Assembly (NCBI GenBank): GCA_031082205.1
Contig: JAVHLJ010000002.1
Coordinates: 12,557 to 76,556, forward strand
From: Elusimicrobiales bacterium
GTDB taxonomy: Bacteria; Elusimicrobiota; Elusimicrobia; Elusimicrobiales; UBA9959
Direction: 5' to 3'
DNA: 64,000 bases
This document shows, piece by piece, positions 35,030 through 44,773 of the stretch (position 1 is the first letter of the stretch; each line of letters begins with the position of its first letter). Both the position numbers and the translations under genes were made by a program. A model generated the notes under the pieces. That model was not told where the DNA came from. It saw only the letters and a program-made list of their open reading frames with translations, and ran no database searches.

Positions 35030-38000
35030 TCAGACCGCTTCGCGCCGCTCCAGCCCCATCTTATTCCTGGCCCACTCCTGGAAGTCGTCCATGTAGGCGT
35101 AAGTGACCGGCGTCATCAGCAGCGTGATGAGCAGCGACAGCGTCTGGCCGCCTATGATGACCATGGCCATGGTGCGGCGCGTGCCGGCCCCGGCGCCGGT
35201 GCCCAGCGCCGTGGGTATCATGCTGACTATCAGCGTCAGCGTGGTCATCAGGATCGGGCGCAGCCGGGTGCGGTTGGCCTCTATCATCGCCTGGTGCCGC
35301 GGCATGCCCTTCGCCCGCAGCGTGTTGGTATAGTCCACCTGCAGGATGGAGTTCTTGGTGACTATGCCGAAGAGCATGAACATGCCCATGATGCTGAACA
35401 GCGTCAGGTTCTGCCCGGTCAGGAACAGCGAGATGATGGCGAACGGTATGGTCAGCGGCAGGACCACCATGATCGAGACCGGGTAGACGAAGCTCTCGAA
35501 CTGGCTGGCCAGCACGATGTAGATGAAGATGAAGGCCAGCGCGAAGGCGATGCCGAACTCCTTTAACATGTTGCCGAGTTCCTTGGACCGGCCGTACACG
35601 CCGGCCTTGTACTCCGGCGGCGCGCCCAGCGCCTTGAAGGCCTTGTCGGCCTCGGCCAGCAGGCGGTTGACCGCGATGCCGTCCACGTTGGCCGTGACCT
35701 GCACGTTGCGCTGGCGGTTGTAGCGGGCTATCTGCGTGGGGCCGAGGCCCTCGGTCACGCGCGCCACGCTGTCGAGGCGGGCGACGCGGTCGCCGGCGGC
35801 CGGCACCATCAGCGCCTCTACGGCCTCCTTGCGGTCGCGGAAGACGTCCTCCGCGCGCAGCCGGACCTGGTAGAGCTCGTCGCGGTCCTTGAACTTGGTG
35901 ATGTCCTCCTCGCCGCCCACCAGCGTGCGCAGCGAGGTGGCTATGTCCTGCACCTTGACGCCCAGGTCGTGGGCGCGGCCGCGGTCTATCTCCACGCGGT
36001 ACTCGGGCTTGGCGTAGGAGAAGCTGGTGTCCACGTCCACCGCGCCCTTTATCGAGCGCAGCTTCGCGGCCACGGCGTTGGAGTATTCCTCCAGCCTGCC
36101 CAGGTCGGGCCCCGAGATATTGAACATCAGCTCGGCGTCGCCGCCGCCGAAGCCGCCGGCGGGCATTACCGACGCGCGCAGGCCCTTGTACTTGGACATC
36201 ATCTCGCGCGAGGCGAACATGAGGTCGCTCATGGGTATGTCGCGGCCGGAGAGGTCGTCGAGCTCGACCAGGACGTAGCCCTGGTTGGCGGAAGAACCGC
36301 CGAAACTGCCCCCGGTGCCGGTGCCTATCGAGGAGAGTATGTTCTTCACGTGCGGCAGCTGCCGCGTCTCGGTCTCTATCTGCGCGAAGATCTCCTTCAT
36401 CCTGCCCAGGCTGGTGCCCTCCGGCGCGGTGACGTTGATCTGGTAGAGGCTGGTGTCGTCGGCCGGCATGAAGTCCTTGCCGAGGAACAGGAAGAGGGGG
36501 ACCATCGAGAAGACGACGGCCCCGGCGAAGACGACCATCCTGCGCTTGTGGGCCAGCGCCCATTCGAGCATGGTTATGTAGCGCGAGGCCAGCCATTCGT
36601 TGACGCCGTCCGTGAACCGCTCCAGCCGGCTCTTGGCGCCGGGCCGGACCTTGAGGAACAGCGAGCAGAGCATCGGGGTCAGCGTCAGCGCGACGAAGAC
36701 GCTCAGGGCCACGGCGAAGGCTATGGTCAGGCCGTAGCTCTTGAGGAAGCGGCCGATGATGCCGCCCATGTAGGCCAGCGGCACGAAGATGACCAGCAGC
36801 GCGGCCGACATGGCCACCACGGCGAAGCCTATCTCGCGTGAGCCGTCGAGCGCCGCCTTCAGCGGGCTCATCCTGTGCTCTTCCATGTGGCGGTAGATGT
36901 TCTCCAGCATGACTATGGCGTCGTCGACGACTATGCCCACCGCTATCGTAAGGCCCAGCAGCGTCATGATGTTTATGGTGAAGCCGGCGGCCTGCATGAA
37001 GACGAAGGTGCCTATCAGCGAGGTGGGGATGGCCAGCGCGGAGATGACGGTGGAGCGGAAGTCGCCGAGGAAGACCAGCACCATCAGCGCGGCGAACACC
37101 GCGCCCAGTATAAGGTGCTCGGTGACGCTGTTGACCGAGTCCTTGATGAAGACGCTCTGGTCGCCTATTATGGTGGTGCTCACGTCCGGCGGCAGGGAGT
37201 TCCGTATCTCCTCCAGGCGCGCCTTGATGTTCTCCACCACCGCGACCGTGTTGGTGCCGGACTGCTTCTTGACCACGGCGGTGACCGACGGACGGCCGTT
37301 GTAGAAGGAGGCCGTGCCCATGCGCTCGCCCGTGTCCTCGACCCGGCCGATGTCCGAGACCCGCACCGGCGCGCCGTTGATGTTGGCTACGACCATGGCG
37401 CCGAAATCCCGGACGTCGTTTATCCGCCCCAGCGTGCGCAGGACGAATTCCCTGTCCTTCTGTTCCACCTTGCCGCCGGGTATCTCTATGTTCTGCTGCA
37501 CGATGGCGTCCCTGACCTTGCTTATCGGCAGGTTCAGCGCGGCCAGCTTGAGCGGGTTGACCACTATGTGGATCTCGCGCTCGCGGCCGCCGACTATGTC
37601 CACCGCGCCGACGCCGCTAACGGTCTCGATGTTCTCCTTGATGCTCTTCCTGGCGATGTAGGTCAGGTCTATCAGGTCGCGGTCGCCGTAGACCACCACG
37701 TTGAGCACGGCCTGGGCGCCGATGTCGAACTTGCCTATGACCGGCGGGTCGGTGCCCTGCGGCAGCTGGGCCAGGACGGAGTTGACCTTGTCGCGCACCT
37801 CCTGCGCGGCCACGTCGCCGTCCTTCTCCAGGGCGAACTTGAGCATGACCAGCGAGAGCCCCTCGTAGCTGGTGGAGTTGATGTCCTCGATGCCGGAGAT
37901 GGTGTTGACCGCCTCCTCTATCGGCTTGGTGACCGAGGACTCCATCTCCTCGGGGCCCGCGCCGCGCAGGGTGGTCTGTATCATCACGAAGGGGAATTCC

Positions 38001-38119
38001 ACGTTGGGCATCAGGTCTATGCCCAGGCGGAGGTACGACGCCGCGCCCAGCACCAGGACGGTGAGGATCATCATCGTGGTGAGTACCGGGCGTTTTACGG
38101 AAAGGTCCGTGATCTTCAT
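35030..38119 (-). CDS. RND efflux transporter, inner-membrane permease (AcrB family)
   Basis: 1029 aa with 12-TM topology. N-terminus ...SVKRPVLTTMMIL..G..SY..L..DL.P. Confidence 0.9.
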   Translation of the reverse strand: MKITDLSVKRPVLTTMMILTVLVLGAASYLRLGIDLMPNVEFPFVMIQTTLRGAGPEEMESSVTKPIEEAVNTISGIEDINSTSYEGLSLVMLKFALEKDGDVAAQEVRDKVNSVLAQLPQGTDPPVIGKFDIGAQAVLNVVVYGDRDLIDLTYIARKSIKENIETVSGVGAVDIVGGREREIHIVVNPLKLAALNLPISKVRDAIVQQNIEIPGGKVEQKDREFVLRTLGRINDVRDFGAMVVANINGAPVRVSDIGRVEDTGERMGTASFYNGRPSVTAVVKKQSGTNTVAVVENIKARLEEIRNSLPPDVSTTIIGDQSVFIKDSVNSVTEHLILGAVFAALMVLVFLGDFRSTVISALAIPTSLIGTFVFMQAAGFTINIMTLLGLTIAVGIVVDDAIVMLENIYRHMEEHRMSPLKAALDGSREIGFAVVAMSAALLVIFVPLAYMGGIIGRFLKSYGLTIAFAVALSVFVALTLTPMLCSLFLKVRPGAKSRLERFTDGVNEWLASRYITMLEWALAHKRRMVVFAGAVVFSMVPLFLFLGKDFMPADDTSLYQINVTAPEGTSLGRMKEIFAQIETETRQLPHVKNILSSIGTGTGGSFGGSSANQGYVLVELDDLSGRDIPMSDLMFASREMMSKYKGLRASVMPAGGFGGGDAELMFNISGPDLGRLEEYSNAVAAKLRSIKGAVDVDTSFSYAKPEYRVEIDRGRAHDLGVKVQDIATSLRTLVGGEEDITKFKDRDELYQVRLRAEDVFRDRKEAVEALMVPAAGDRVARLDSVARVTEGLGPTQIARYNRQRNVQVTANVDGIAVNRLLAEADKAFKALGAPPEYKAGVYGRSKELGNMLKEFGIAFALAFIFIYIVLASQFESFVYPVSIMVVLPLTIPFAIISLFLTGQNLTLFSIMGMFMLFGIVTKNSILQVDYTNTLRAKGMPRHQAMIEANRTRLRPILMTTLTLIVSMIPTALGTGAGAGTRRTMAMVIIGGQTLSLLITLLMTPVTYAYMDDFQEWARNKMGLERREAV

Positions 38120-38123
38120 GGTA

Positions 38124-39005
38124 TTAGTTCTGCGCCTTTATCTTGCTGCCGTCCTTGAGGCCGTAGAGGCCGAAGGTGATGACCTCCTCGCCCGCCTTCA
38201 CCCCGTCCACCTGGGTGAACTCGGCGGTGGCTATGCCGGTCTTCACCGGCACCCGGCGCGCCTTATCGCCGGCCGGGACGAAGACCCAGGCCTGGCCGTT
38301 CTCCCGCATCACCGCGGCGGAGGGCACCGAGACCGCCGCGCCGCGCGAGGCGACGATGAGCCGGACCTCGGCGAACATGCCGGACTTGAGCCGGCCTTCG
38401 GCGTTGTCGAGCAGCACTTCCACGGCGGTGCTGCGCGAGCGGGCGTCGACCACCGGGCTGACCCGGTGGACCCGTCCGGTGAAATAGCGGTCGGGGAAGG
38501 CGTCCACCTTTATCCTGGCGGCCTGGTCGCGGAAGACCCTGCCGATATACTTCTCGGGCACGTCCACCTCGACGCGGACCTTTGACTGGTCCACCACCAG
38601 GGCTATGGGCGTCTGCGGCGTGACGTTGGCGCCGGTGTCCTGGTAGACGCGGCCAACTATCCCGCTCAGCGTGGAGGGCACGGGCGCGGGCTCGTAGACC
38701 ACGCCCACCTCGTCGCGCTCCACCAGGGCCACCGCCTCGTCCTTCTTCACGGGATCGCCCTCCTTGAGGAGGTTGCGCAGCAGCTTGCCGGCGGCGCGGG
38801 GATAAAGGGTAGCCTCGTCCAGGGCCCGCACGGAGCCGGTCAGGAGGATGTAGTCCTCCAGCTGGCGCGCCTCGGCCCGCTCGGTCCTGACCAGGAAGCG
38901 GTCCTTCTCCAGGGCCTCGAGCGCCTCTTTGGCGCGGTTCCCGCAGCCGGCCGCCGCCAGGGCGGCGGCGCCCAGAAGCAGTGCCGTTATATGGTTCTTG
39001 TTCAT
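38124..39005 (-). CDS. RND efflux periplasmic adaptor (membrane fusion protein), lipoprotein
   Basis: Lipobox LAAAGC. HlyD/AcrA-like blocks. Lies immediately upstream of the RND pump. Confidence 0.85.
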   Translation of the reverse strand: MNKNHITALLLGAAALAAAGCGNRAKEALEALEKDRFLVRTERAEARQLEDYILLTGSVRALDEATLYPRAAGKLLRNLLKEGDPVKKDEAVALVERDEVGVVYEPAPVPSTLSGIVGRVYQDTGANVTPQTPIALVVDQSKVRVEVDVPEKYIGRVFRDQAARIKVDAFPDRYFTGRVHRVSPVVDARSRSTAVEVLLDNAEGRLKSGMFAEVRLIVASRGAAVSVPSAAVMRENGQAWVFVPAGDKARRVPVKTGIATAEFTQVDGVKAGEEVITFGLYGLKDGSKIKAQN

Positions 39006-39026
39006 ATCGTTTTTTCCTTTATGGGC

Positions 39027-40895
39027 TCACTTTCCCACGGCCCAGTCCAGCTCGGCGGCCGCGGAGCAGACGTCGTGCTGGGCCTGGGTGTAAAGGGTCT
39101 GGGCCCTGTTGAGGGCCAGGGCCGCGTCGTTGAGGTCCAATTGACCCGCCAGTCCGCTCTTGAAGCGCAGCTCCGTCGCCGAGAGGGCCTTGCGGGCGGT
39201 CTCCACCGCGGCCGCCTGGGAGGCGAGGCGCTGGGAGGCCTCTTTGAGCTCCAGCCAGGCTTTTTTGACGGTTATCTTCAGCCCGCGCTCGGCCCGGGCC
39301 AGGTTCTCCTCCGCCACCCGCAGCGCCAGGCCGGCCTGCTTCACGCGCGAGGAGACCGAGCCGCCGGAGAAAAGGGGCAGGCTCAGTTTCACGCCGGCGG
39401 TGAGGGCCCAGCTCCTCTCGTCGGAGCCGGGGAAGGCGGAGTCCGTCTGGCCCTGGAAGCCGCGCGAGGCGAAAGCGCCCAGGTAGGGATAATGCCCCGC
39501 CCGCTCCAGCGTGACGTTCTGTTCCGCCAGCTTCTTTTCAAGGTCCGCCAGCCTGTATTCGGGCCTGTCCGCCATCGCGGCGGCGTAGAGGTCGTCGAGC
39601 GGCGCCGGCCCGGCCGGGGCGCAGCCCATCGCGCCGGTCAGCCTGAGCTCCGCGTCGGGGTCCATGCCGAGCAGGTCCTTGAGCGCCAGCAGGCCGGCCT
39701 CGTAAAAGTTCAGGTTCTGCGTGACGGCCGGCTCGTTGTTTGAGACCTCCACCCGCTGCCGCAGGAGCGTGAGGTCGCTGGCCAGCCCCTGCCTGTAACG
39801 GGCCTCTATGACGGCGAGGTGCTGGCGGGAGAGGTCGAGGGTCTCCTCCTGTATGTCCGCCATCGCCTTGGAGAGCAGCACCGAGTAGTACATCTGGGTG
39901 ACGGCCTTGCGCACCGAGTTGCGCGCCGCGCGCAGCCGCTCGGCGCTGGAGTCGGAGTAGATGCCGGCCATCTCTATGCCCGTGCGCACCTTGCCGCCGG
40001 CCCAGAGCACCTGGTTGAGGTCCAGCGACGCCGCGTACGCGTTGTCGGAGCCCAGTTCTATCCTGTTGCCCCCGAAGAAGATGGAGGGCTTCTCTATGTT
40101 GCGGGTGTAGGAAGCAGCGGCGCTGAGCTGGGGGTACACCCCGCCCCAGTACTCGCGGATCTTTTCCTTATATATGAGGCGGCCGCGCTCGGCGTTGACC
40201 ACGTCGGTATTGTTCTCCAGCGCCAGCTCCACCGCCCGGTCCACTCCCAGGGCGACCGGCTCCGCCGCGGCGACGGCGGGGAGCAGCAGCAGCGCGGCGG
40301 CCGCGGCCTTCAGGGAGCGGGCTCCGGCGCAGATGATGCGCGCCAGGCGGCGGGGCAGGCCCTTGTCTATGGCGGCCGCTCCTTTCTCCCTGGCCTCTAT
40401 CATGAAATGCTCTATGACAGAGCTGATCATGTGAAGTACGTCCTCGGCGGCGCGCGGGGAGAAATTCTCCTTCTTGAGCATGGCGCGCAGGGCGGCGCGG
40501 TTGCGTTCCTTGAGCCCGCGCGCGAGCTCGGCCAGCGTGCCCTCGGAGGGGGAGGACATCATCTTCAGCGCGCACTTGGGCATCTCCGGATAGCGGCGTA
40601 TGAAGGCCAGGTGGTTGGAGAACACCTTCTCAAGGCGGCTTTCCAGGTCCAGCCCGGGCTGGTCTATCTCCACCCGCAGGTCCTTGAAATGCCTTGTGCC
40701 TTCCTCGAAGGCCGCCTGTATCAGGGCGTCCTTGTCCCTGAAGTAGTAGTAGAGGACCGGCTTGGTTATCTTCAGCGTCGCCGAGATCTCGCGCATGGAC
40801 ACGGCGTCCGGCCCGCGCTCGGCCATCATGGCGGCGGCCGTCTCGAGTATCCTGCGGCGGGTCTCCTCCGCGCGCTTCCTTCTGGGGGTGGGCAT
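39027..40895 (-). CDS. single ORF joining a TetR-family regulator (aa 1 to ~190) to a TolC-like outer-membrane efflux protein
   Basis: N-terminal TetR HTH (RRRILETAAAMMAERGPDAVSMREISATLKITKPVLYYYFRDK). A signal-peptide-like segment (KAAAAALLLLPAVAAAEP) follows. The rest is a TolC-like repeat structure. There is no stop codon and no ATG/GTG/TTG at the junction. Confidence 0.7.
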   Translation of the reverse strand: MPTPRRKRAEETRRRILETAAAMMAERGPDAVSMREISATLKITKPVLYYYFRDKDALIQAAFEEGTRHFKDLRVEIDQPGLDLESRLEKVFSNHLAFIRRYPEMPKCALKMMSSPSEGTLAELARGLKERNRAALRAMLKKENFSPRAAEDVLHMISSVIEHFMIEAREKGAAAIDKGLPRRLARIICAGARSLKAAAAALLLLPAVAAAEPVALGVDRAVELALENNTDVVNAERGRLIYKEKIREYWGGVYPQLSAAASYTRNIEKPSIFFGGNRIELGSDNAYAASLDLNQVLWAGGKVRTGIEMAGIYSDSSAERLRAARNSVRKAVTQMYYSVLLSKAMADIQEETLDLSRQHLAVIEARYRQGLASDLTLLRQRVEVSNNEPAVTQNLNFYEAGLLALKDLLGMDPDAELRLTGAMGCAPAGPAPLDDLYAAAMADRPEYRLADLEKKLAEQNVTLERAGHYPYLGAFASRGFQGQTDSAFPGSDERSWALTAGVKLSLPLFSGGSVSSRVKQAGLALRVAEENLARAERGLKITVKKAWLELKEASQRLASQAAAVETARKALSATELRFKSGLAGQLDLNDAALALNRAQTLYTQAQHDVCSAAAELDWAVGK

Positions 40896-40996
40896 GCCTT
40901 TCTCCGTGGATGCGTATACTTACCGGTAGGTAAGTTTAGCAGAACGGGGCCGTTCCGGTCAAGCGGGCCGCGCGGCGCGGTCCGTGGCGGCGGGGC

Positions 40997-41647
40997 TCAG
41001 CGGGCGGAGACGGCGGCGGCTATGCGGCGGGCCATGCGGTCGGCGAAGTCGGGGGGGAAATCGGCGAAGCGGCTGTGCTGGAACTCGAAGATGGTCAGCG
41101 TCATGACGCCGCGGATCAGCAGGCGGGCGTCTTCGGCGGAGCCGGGGGGGACGCGGCCGTCCTTCTCCATCGCGGCCATGACCTTCTTCAGGGCGTCGGC
41201 GTGCCGGGCTATGCGGCGGTCCGCCATGCGCCGGAGCGCGGAGCCCTCAGGCGCGGAGTAAAGCTTGAGCAGGCACTTGGCCGCCTCGGGGCTGGAGCGG
41301 AAGAACTTCATGCGGCTGCTTATCATGCCGCGTACCAGCTGCTCCAGCGTTACGGCCGGGTCCAGCCTGGCCGCCCAGTCGCCGGCGGACTCGCGGGAAG
41401 TCTCTTCGAAGACCTTCTCTATCAGGGCTTCCTTGTTCCTGAAATAGTAATAGAGCAGCGGTTTGGTCAGTCCCAGTTCGGCGGCTATGCTCTCCATCGA
41501 GACCGCGTCCGGCCCCTGGTCGGAGATCATGCGTATGGCCGTGCGCAGTATCCTGGCGCGCGTCGCTTCGCCCTTGGTGGGCTTGCCGGAGGTTTCTTTT
41601 TTCATGGGGCCAGGAACGATTATATCAGCCGGCGGCGGTTCCGTCAA
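40997..41647 (-). CDS. TetR family transcriptional regulator
   Basis: HTH block RARILRTAIRMISDQGPDAVSMESIAAELGLTKPLLYYYFRNK. Paralog of the TetR part of 39027..40895. Alternative start ATG at 41605. Confidence 0.85.
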   Translation of the reverse strand: MTEPPPADIIVPGPMKKETSGKPTKGEATRARILRTAIRMISDQGPDAVSMESIAAELGLTKPLLYYYFRNKEALIEKVFEETSRESAGDWAARLDPAVTLEQLVRGMISSRMKFFRSSPEAAKCLLKLYSAPEGSALRRMADRRIARHADALKKVMAAMEKDGRVPPGSAEDARLLIRGVMTLTIFEFQHSRFADFPPDFADRMARRIAAAVSAR

Positions 41648-41884
41648 ACCGGGGGCCTAAAGGCCCAGAAAGGAGTAGGCCCTTTTTTCGGGCCGGCCTG
41701 GGCTTACGGGCCCTTGGGGCGGGGGGCCGTTTAAGTTAACATTTATCAAGTCGTTTCCTTTGTAATCCCCCGAAAGGCGGGGGAGTATCCACGCGGCCGC
41801 CTGTGAACGGCCGCTCACCAGGGGAAAACAGGATAAGGGTTTATTCCTGTTTTCTTATTTTTTTGTTCCCCGGGTGAAAAACGG

Positions 41885-42745
41885 ATGATAAAAACACTTG
41901 CCGTCATTTTCCTCTCCGCGCTGCCGGCCTACGCCGGCGGCGCGAGCGTCTTCACCGACCCGTCCTTCCAGAACTTCAACGAGCTGGCCTACGGCTACAA
42001 GCAGCCCGGCCGCGGGCACCGTCCCCCGTCGGACCTGCGCGACGCCGTGATCTCGGCCCCGGCCGGGCTGGCGGCCATGACGCCGCCGGCCCCCCTCGCC
42101 GCGTCGAAGACGGAGGCCGCGCGTCCGCCGGCCGCCACGCTGCCGCCCGACGTGCCCGCCGGCTGGCCCCACCTGGTCTACCGGGTGCGCTCGGCCCTGC
42201 GCCGCGGCCCCATCTCCGCTTTCGTCCCTTCGCCGGGTTCCTCCGCGGCCGGCGCCCACAGGGGCCTGGTCTATGTGAGCTTCGTGCCGGTGCCGGACGA
42301 TTTCGGCCCGCTGGTGAAGGAACTGGCCGACAAGGCCGGCTTCGTCTACACGGGCGAACGCGCCCTGCGCTACACGCCTTCTTCCACCGCGCAGGTCAAG
42401 ATCTACGGCCTGGTGCCTTCGGCTTCGCTGCCCTCCGTCTACTGCCACCCGGGCGTGGCACGGGTGGGACTGGAGGGCGGCCGGCCCGAGCTGCCGCTCA
42501 GGAGCGAGGTCGCCTTCACCCTTCGCGTGCCGGCCGGCGTGAATCCCGGGGAGTTCATAGAGTCTTTCGCCGCTTCCATGTCCGAGCGGGCGGGTTTCGC
42601 CCTGGCGGTCTCGGCCCCGGCCGCCGGCGGCAGGCCCGGCCACGACACTTTCACCCCTTATTCGCTCTCGGGCGAGGTCCACTCCGACCGCGTCAACGAG
42701 CTTATCGGTTCGCCCTTCGTAACCGCCGTCTCCGTAAAGAGCTGA
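41885..42745 (+). CDS. hypothetical secreted protein
   Basis: Signal peptide MIKTLAVIFLSALPAYAGG. The competing antisense ORF 41855..42682 is Arg/Gly-rich junk. No motif recognised. Confidence 0.5.
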   Translation: MIKTLAVIFLSALPAYAGGASVFTDPSFQNFNELAYGYKQPGRGHRPPSDLRDAVISAPAGLAAMTPPAPLAASKTEAARPPAATLPPDVPAGWPHLVYRVRSALRRGPISAFVPSPGSSAAGAHRGLVYVSFVPVPDDFGPLVKELADKAGFVYTGERALRYTPSSTAQVKIYGLVPSASLPSVYCHPGVARVGLEGGRPELPLRSEVAFTLRVPAGVNPGEFIESFAASMSERAGFALAVSAPAAGGRPGHDTFTPYSLSGEVHSDRVNELIGSPFVTAVSVKS

Positions 42746-42767
42746 CGGCTTCCGGCCTCCGGGAAAA

Positions 42768-42796
42768 AAGGCCCCTCCCTTTAAAGGCGGGGCCTT
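42768..42796 (+). terminator. hairpin after the hypothetical gene (candidate terminator)
   Basis: AAGGCCCC...GGGGCCTT outer stem with an inner CCTTTAAAGG palindrome. Weak T tract. Confidence 0.35.
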
Positions 42797-42814
42797 GTGT
42801 TATATAATAATAAT

Positions 42815-43609
42815 ATGCAGGAACATTCCCATACCGCCCCCAGTACACCGGAGGCCGCCCGCCGCAAAGGCTACCGGGTGGTCTTCCTGCTCGCTTTCAC
42901 CGCCGCCGTCCTCTTCGAAGCGCTGCTTTTTCTCCATACCCAGGCGAGGGAGATCCTTTCCCTTCTCGAGGACGATTTCCGCGTCGTGGTCCTGCTCAAG
43001 GACGGCGGCCGCAAGGAGCGCGACGCCCTCTGGGAGTCGATACGCGCCCTGCAGGGCGTGAGGAGCGCCGTGTTCATTTCGAAGGACGAGCGCCTGGCGC
43101 GCATGCGCGAGGACGACCCCGAGCTGATCAAGGGGGCGCTGTCGCTGGGGCCGAACCCGCTGCCCGACTCCTACGAGATAGCCGTGGACCAGGCGGTGAT
43201 GAGCTCGCTCAGTTCCTGGACCGAGCTGCTCTGGGGGATGAGCGGAGTGGCGGAGGTGCGCTACAAGCAGCTTGAGGCCTACGCCATACTGCATTTCTCG
43301 TTCTACGACAACTTCATGGCCCTGGCTTTCGGCCTGTCGCTGCTGGGAGCGGTGCTGTTCTCGCTCACCGTGCTGCTGCACCGCTTCTCTCCGGCCGGCC
43401 TAATGGAAGGCATCAGGCGCGACAAGCGCTGGTTCTTTTCCGGCGCCGGCGGCGCGGCCGCGGCCGTGCTGGCCTGCTACCTGATAGTCTATCCGGTCCG
43501 GTACCTCAGTCCCGTCTGGGCCTGGCCCAACCCGCTCTGGCATCTGGCGGGGGTGCTGGCCGCCGGTTTCCTCGCCTGGACCCTGGTGCAATGGAAAAAT
43601 TCGCGATAG
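42815..43609 (+). CDS. ftsX: cell-division permease-like protein FtsX
   Basis: FtsX N-terminal extracytoplasmic-domain blocks (V.F.SK.E.L......P.......G.NPLPDSYEI) and C-terminal TM bundle. Start is ATG 42815 (preceded by TATAAT at 42803-42808) or GTG 42797. No ftsE upstream. Confidence 0.8.
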   Translation: MQEHSHTAPSTPEAARRKGYRVVFLLAFTAAVLFEALLFLHTQAREILSLLEDDFRVVVLLKDGGRKERDALWESIRALQGVRSAVFISKDERLARMREDDPELIKGALSLGPNPLPDSYEIAVDQAVMSSLSSWTELLWGMSGVAEVRYKQLEAYAILHFSFYDNFMALAFGLSLLGAVLFSLTVLLHRFSPAGLMEGIRRDKRWFFSGAGGAAAAVLACYLIVYPVRYLSPVWAWPNPLWHLAGVLAAGFLAWTLVQWKNSR

Positions 43610-44748
43610 CCGCCCTCGCCCTGCTGCTGCTGTCGCCGCCCGCTTTCCCGCAGACGGCGGCGAAGCTGCGCGAACGCAGGGACAGGCTGGAGGAGATAAA
43701 CAAGCAGCTTTCGGAGAAGCAGGCGGAGCTGGAGCGCTACCAGGCCGAGCAGAAGAAGATCTCGGCCGAGATAGACAGCCTCAGGAGGCAGGACCGGCTG
43801 ACCAAGGGCCGCCAGCGCGAGCTGGAGAGCCAGCTGGGGGTTTCGCGCAGGAAAGGCGACGAGGCCAAAGAGAAGCTCGCCTCGCTGGAGCGCGCGCAGG
43901 ACGAACTGGCCGGCGCGGCCTCGTCCGAGGTCGCGATGTACTCGATGGACAGGCTGTTCTACTCGCCGTATTACGGCCGCGCCGACCTGATGCGCGACGT
44001 TTTCATCAGGACCGCCATAATGAACAAGTACGCGCTGGCGGCCACGCTCAGGGGCGAGAAGAAGAAGGTTTCGGACGATATGCGGACCCTGGCGAAGCGC
44101 CAGAAAGAACTGGCGGTCAACCGGGAGAAACTGGCCCGGGAGATAACCATAAGCCAGCGGAACGTGCGCGACAAGCAGAAGGAGCTCTCCCTGGCGAAGG
44201 ACAGGGAGAAGGCGCTGCGCCGGGAGCTCGAGGACCTCAGGAACGCGGCCGCCGGCCTTAACACGCTGGTCAAAAAGCTGGAGAAGCAGGCGCCCTATAA
44301 GACCCGGCAGCCCGGCGAACTGCCGATAGAGAAGGGGTCCCTTCCCTGGCCGGCCGCCGGCCGCGTCATAAGCAGATACGGCAGGGAGCAGGTGCCGGAG
44401 CTCAAGACCTGGATCGTGCGCGAAGGTATACGCATACGCACGGCCGACCGGGCGCCGGTCACGCCGGTGCTGCCGGGCAAGGTCATATATTCAGGCCCTT
44501 TCAGGACCTACGGCAACGTGGTCATAGTGGACCATGAGAAGGGCTTCTTCACGGTCTACGGCCTGCTCAGCTCGGTGGCGGCGTCCCGGGGCGACCGGGT
44601 GACCGAGTCGTCCAGGATAGGTTTCGCCGGCGCGGACACGCAGGCCATCTCGGGCGGCGAGACGGGCGAGGGCAGTACGGTGTACTTCGAGATACGCTCG
44701 GGCGCGGACGCCATAAACCCGCTGCCCTGGCTGGCCCCGGCGCCCTGA
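43591..44748 (+). CDS. EnvC-like coiled-coil protein with degenerate LytM (M23) domain
   Basis: Signal peptide, long coiled coil, and an M23-like C-terminus (GNVVIVDHEKGFFTVYGLL). The HxxxD position reads REGIRI, so it is probably non-catalytic like EnvC. Confidence 0.8.
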   Translation: MEKFAIAALALLLLSPPAFPQTAAKLRERRDRLEEINKQLSEKQAELERYQAEQKKISAEIDSLRRQDRLTKGRQRELESQLGVSRRKGDEAKEKLASLERAQDELAGAASSEVAMYSMDRLFYSPYYGRADLMRDVFIRTAIMNKYALAATLRGEKKKVSDDMRTLAKRQKELAVNREKLAREITISQRNVRDKQKELSLAKDREKALRRELEDLRNAAAGLNTLVKKLEKQAPYKTRQPGELPIEKGSLPWPAAGRVISRYGREQVPELKTWIVREGIRIRTADRAPVTPVLPGKVIYSGPFRTYGNVVIVDHEKGFFTVYGLLSSVAASRGDRVTESSRIGFAGADTQAISGGETGEGSTVYFEIRSGADAINPLPWLAPAP

Positions 44749-44773
44749 GGCGGGAAAAGTCAAGGAGAAATAC

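Noticed and set aside
41855-42682. 275-aa minus-strand ORF competing with 41885..42745.
   Set aside because: The product is extremely Arg/Gly-rich, whereas the plus-strand product has a clean signal peptide and balanced composition. The plus-strand call itself remains only moderately confident.
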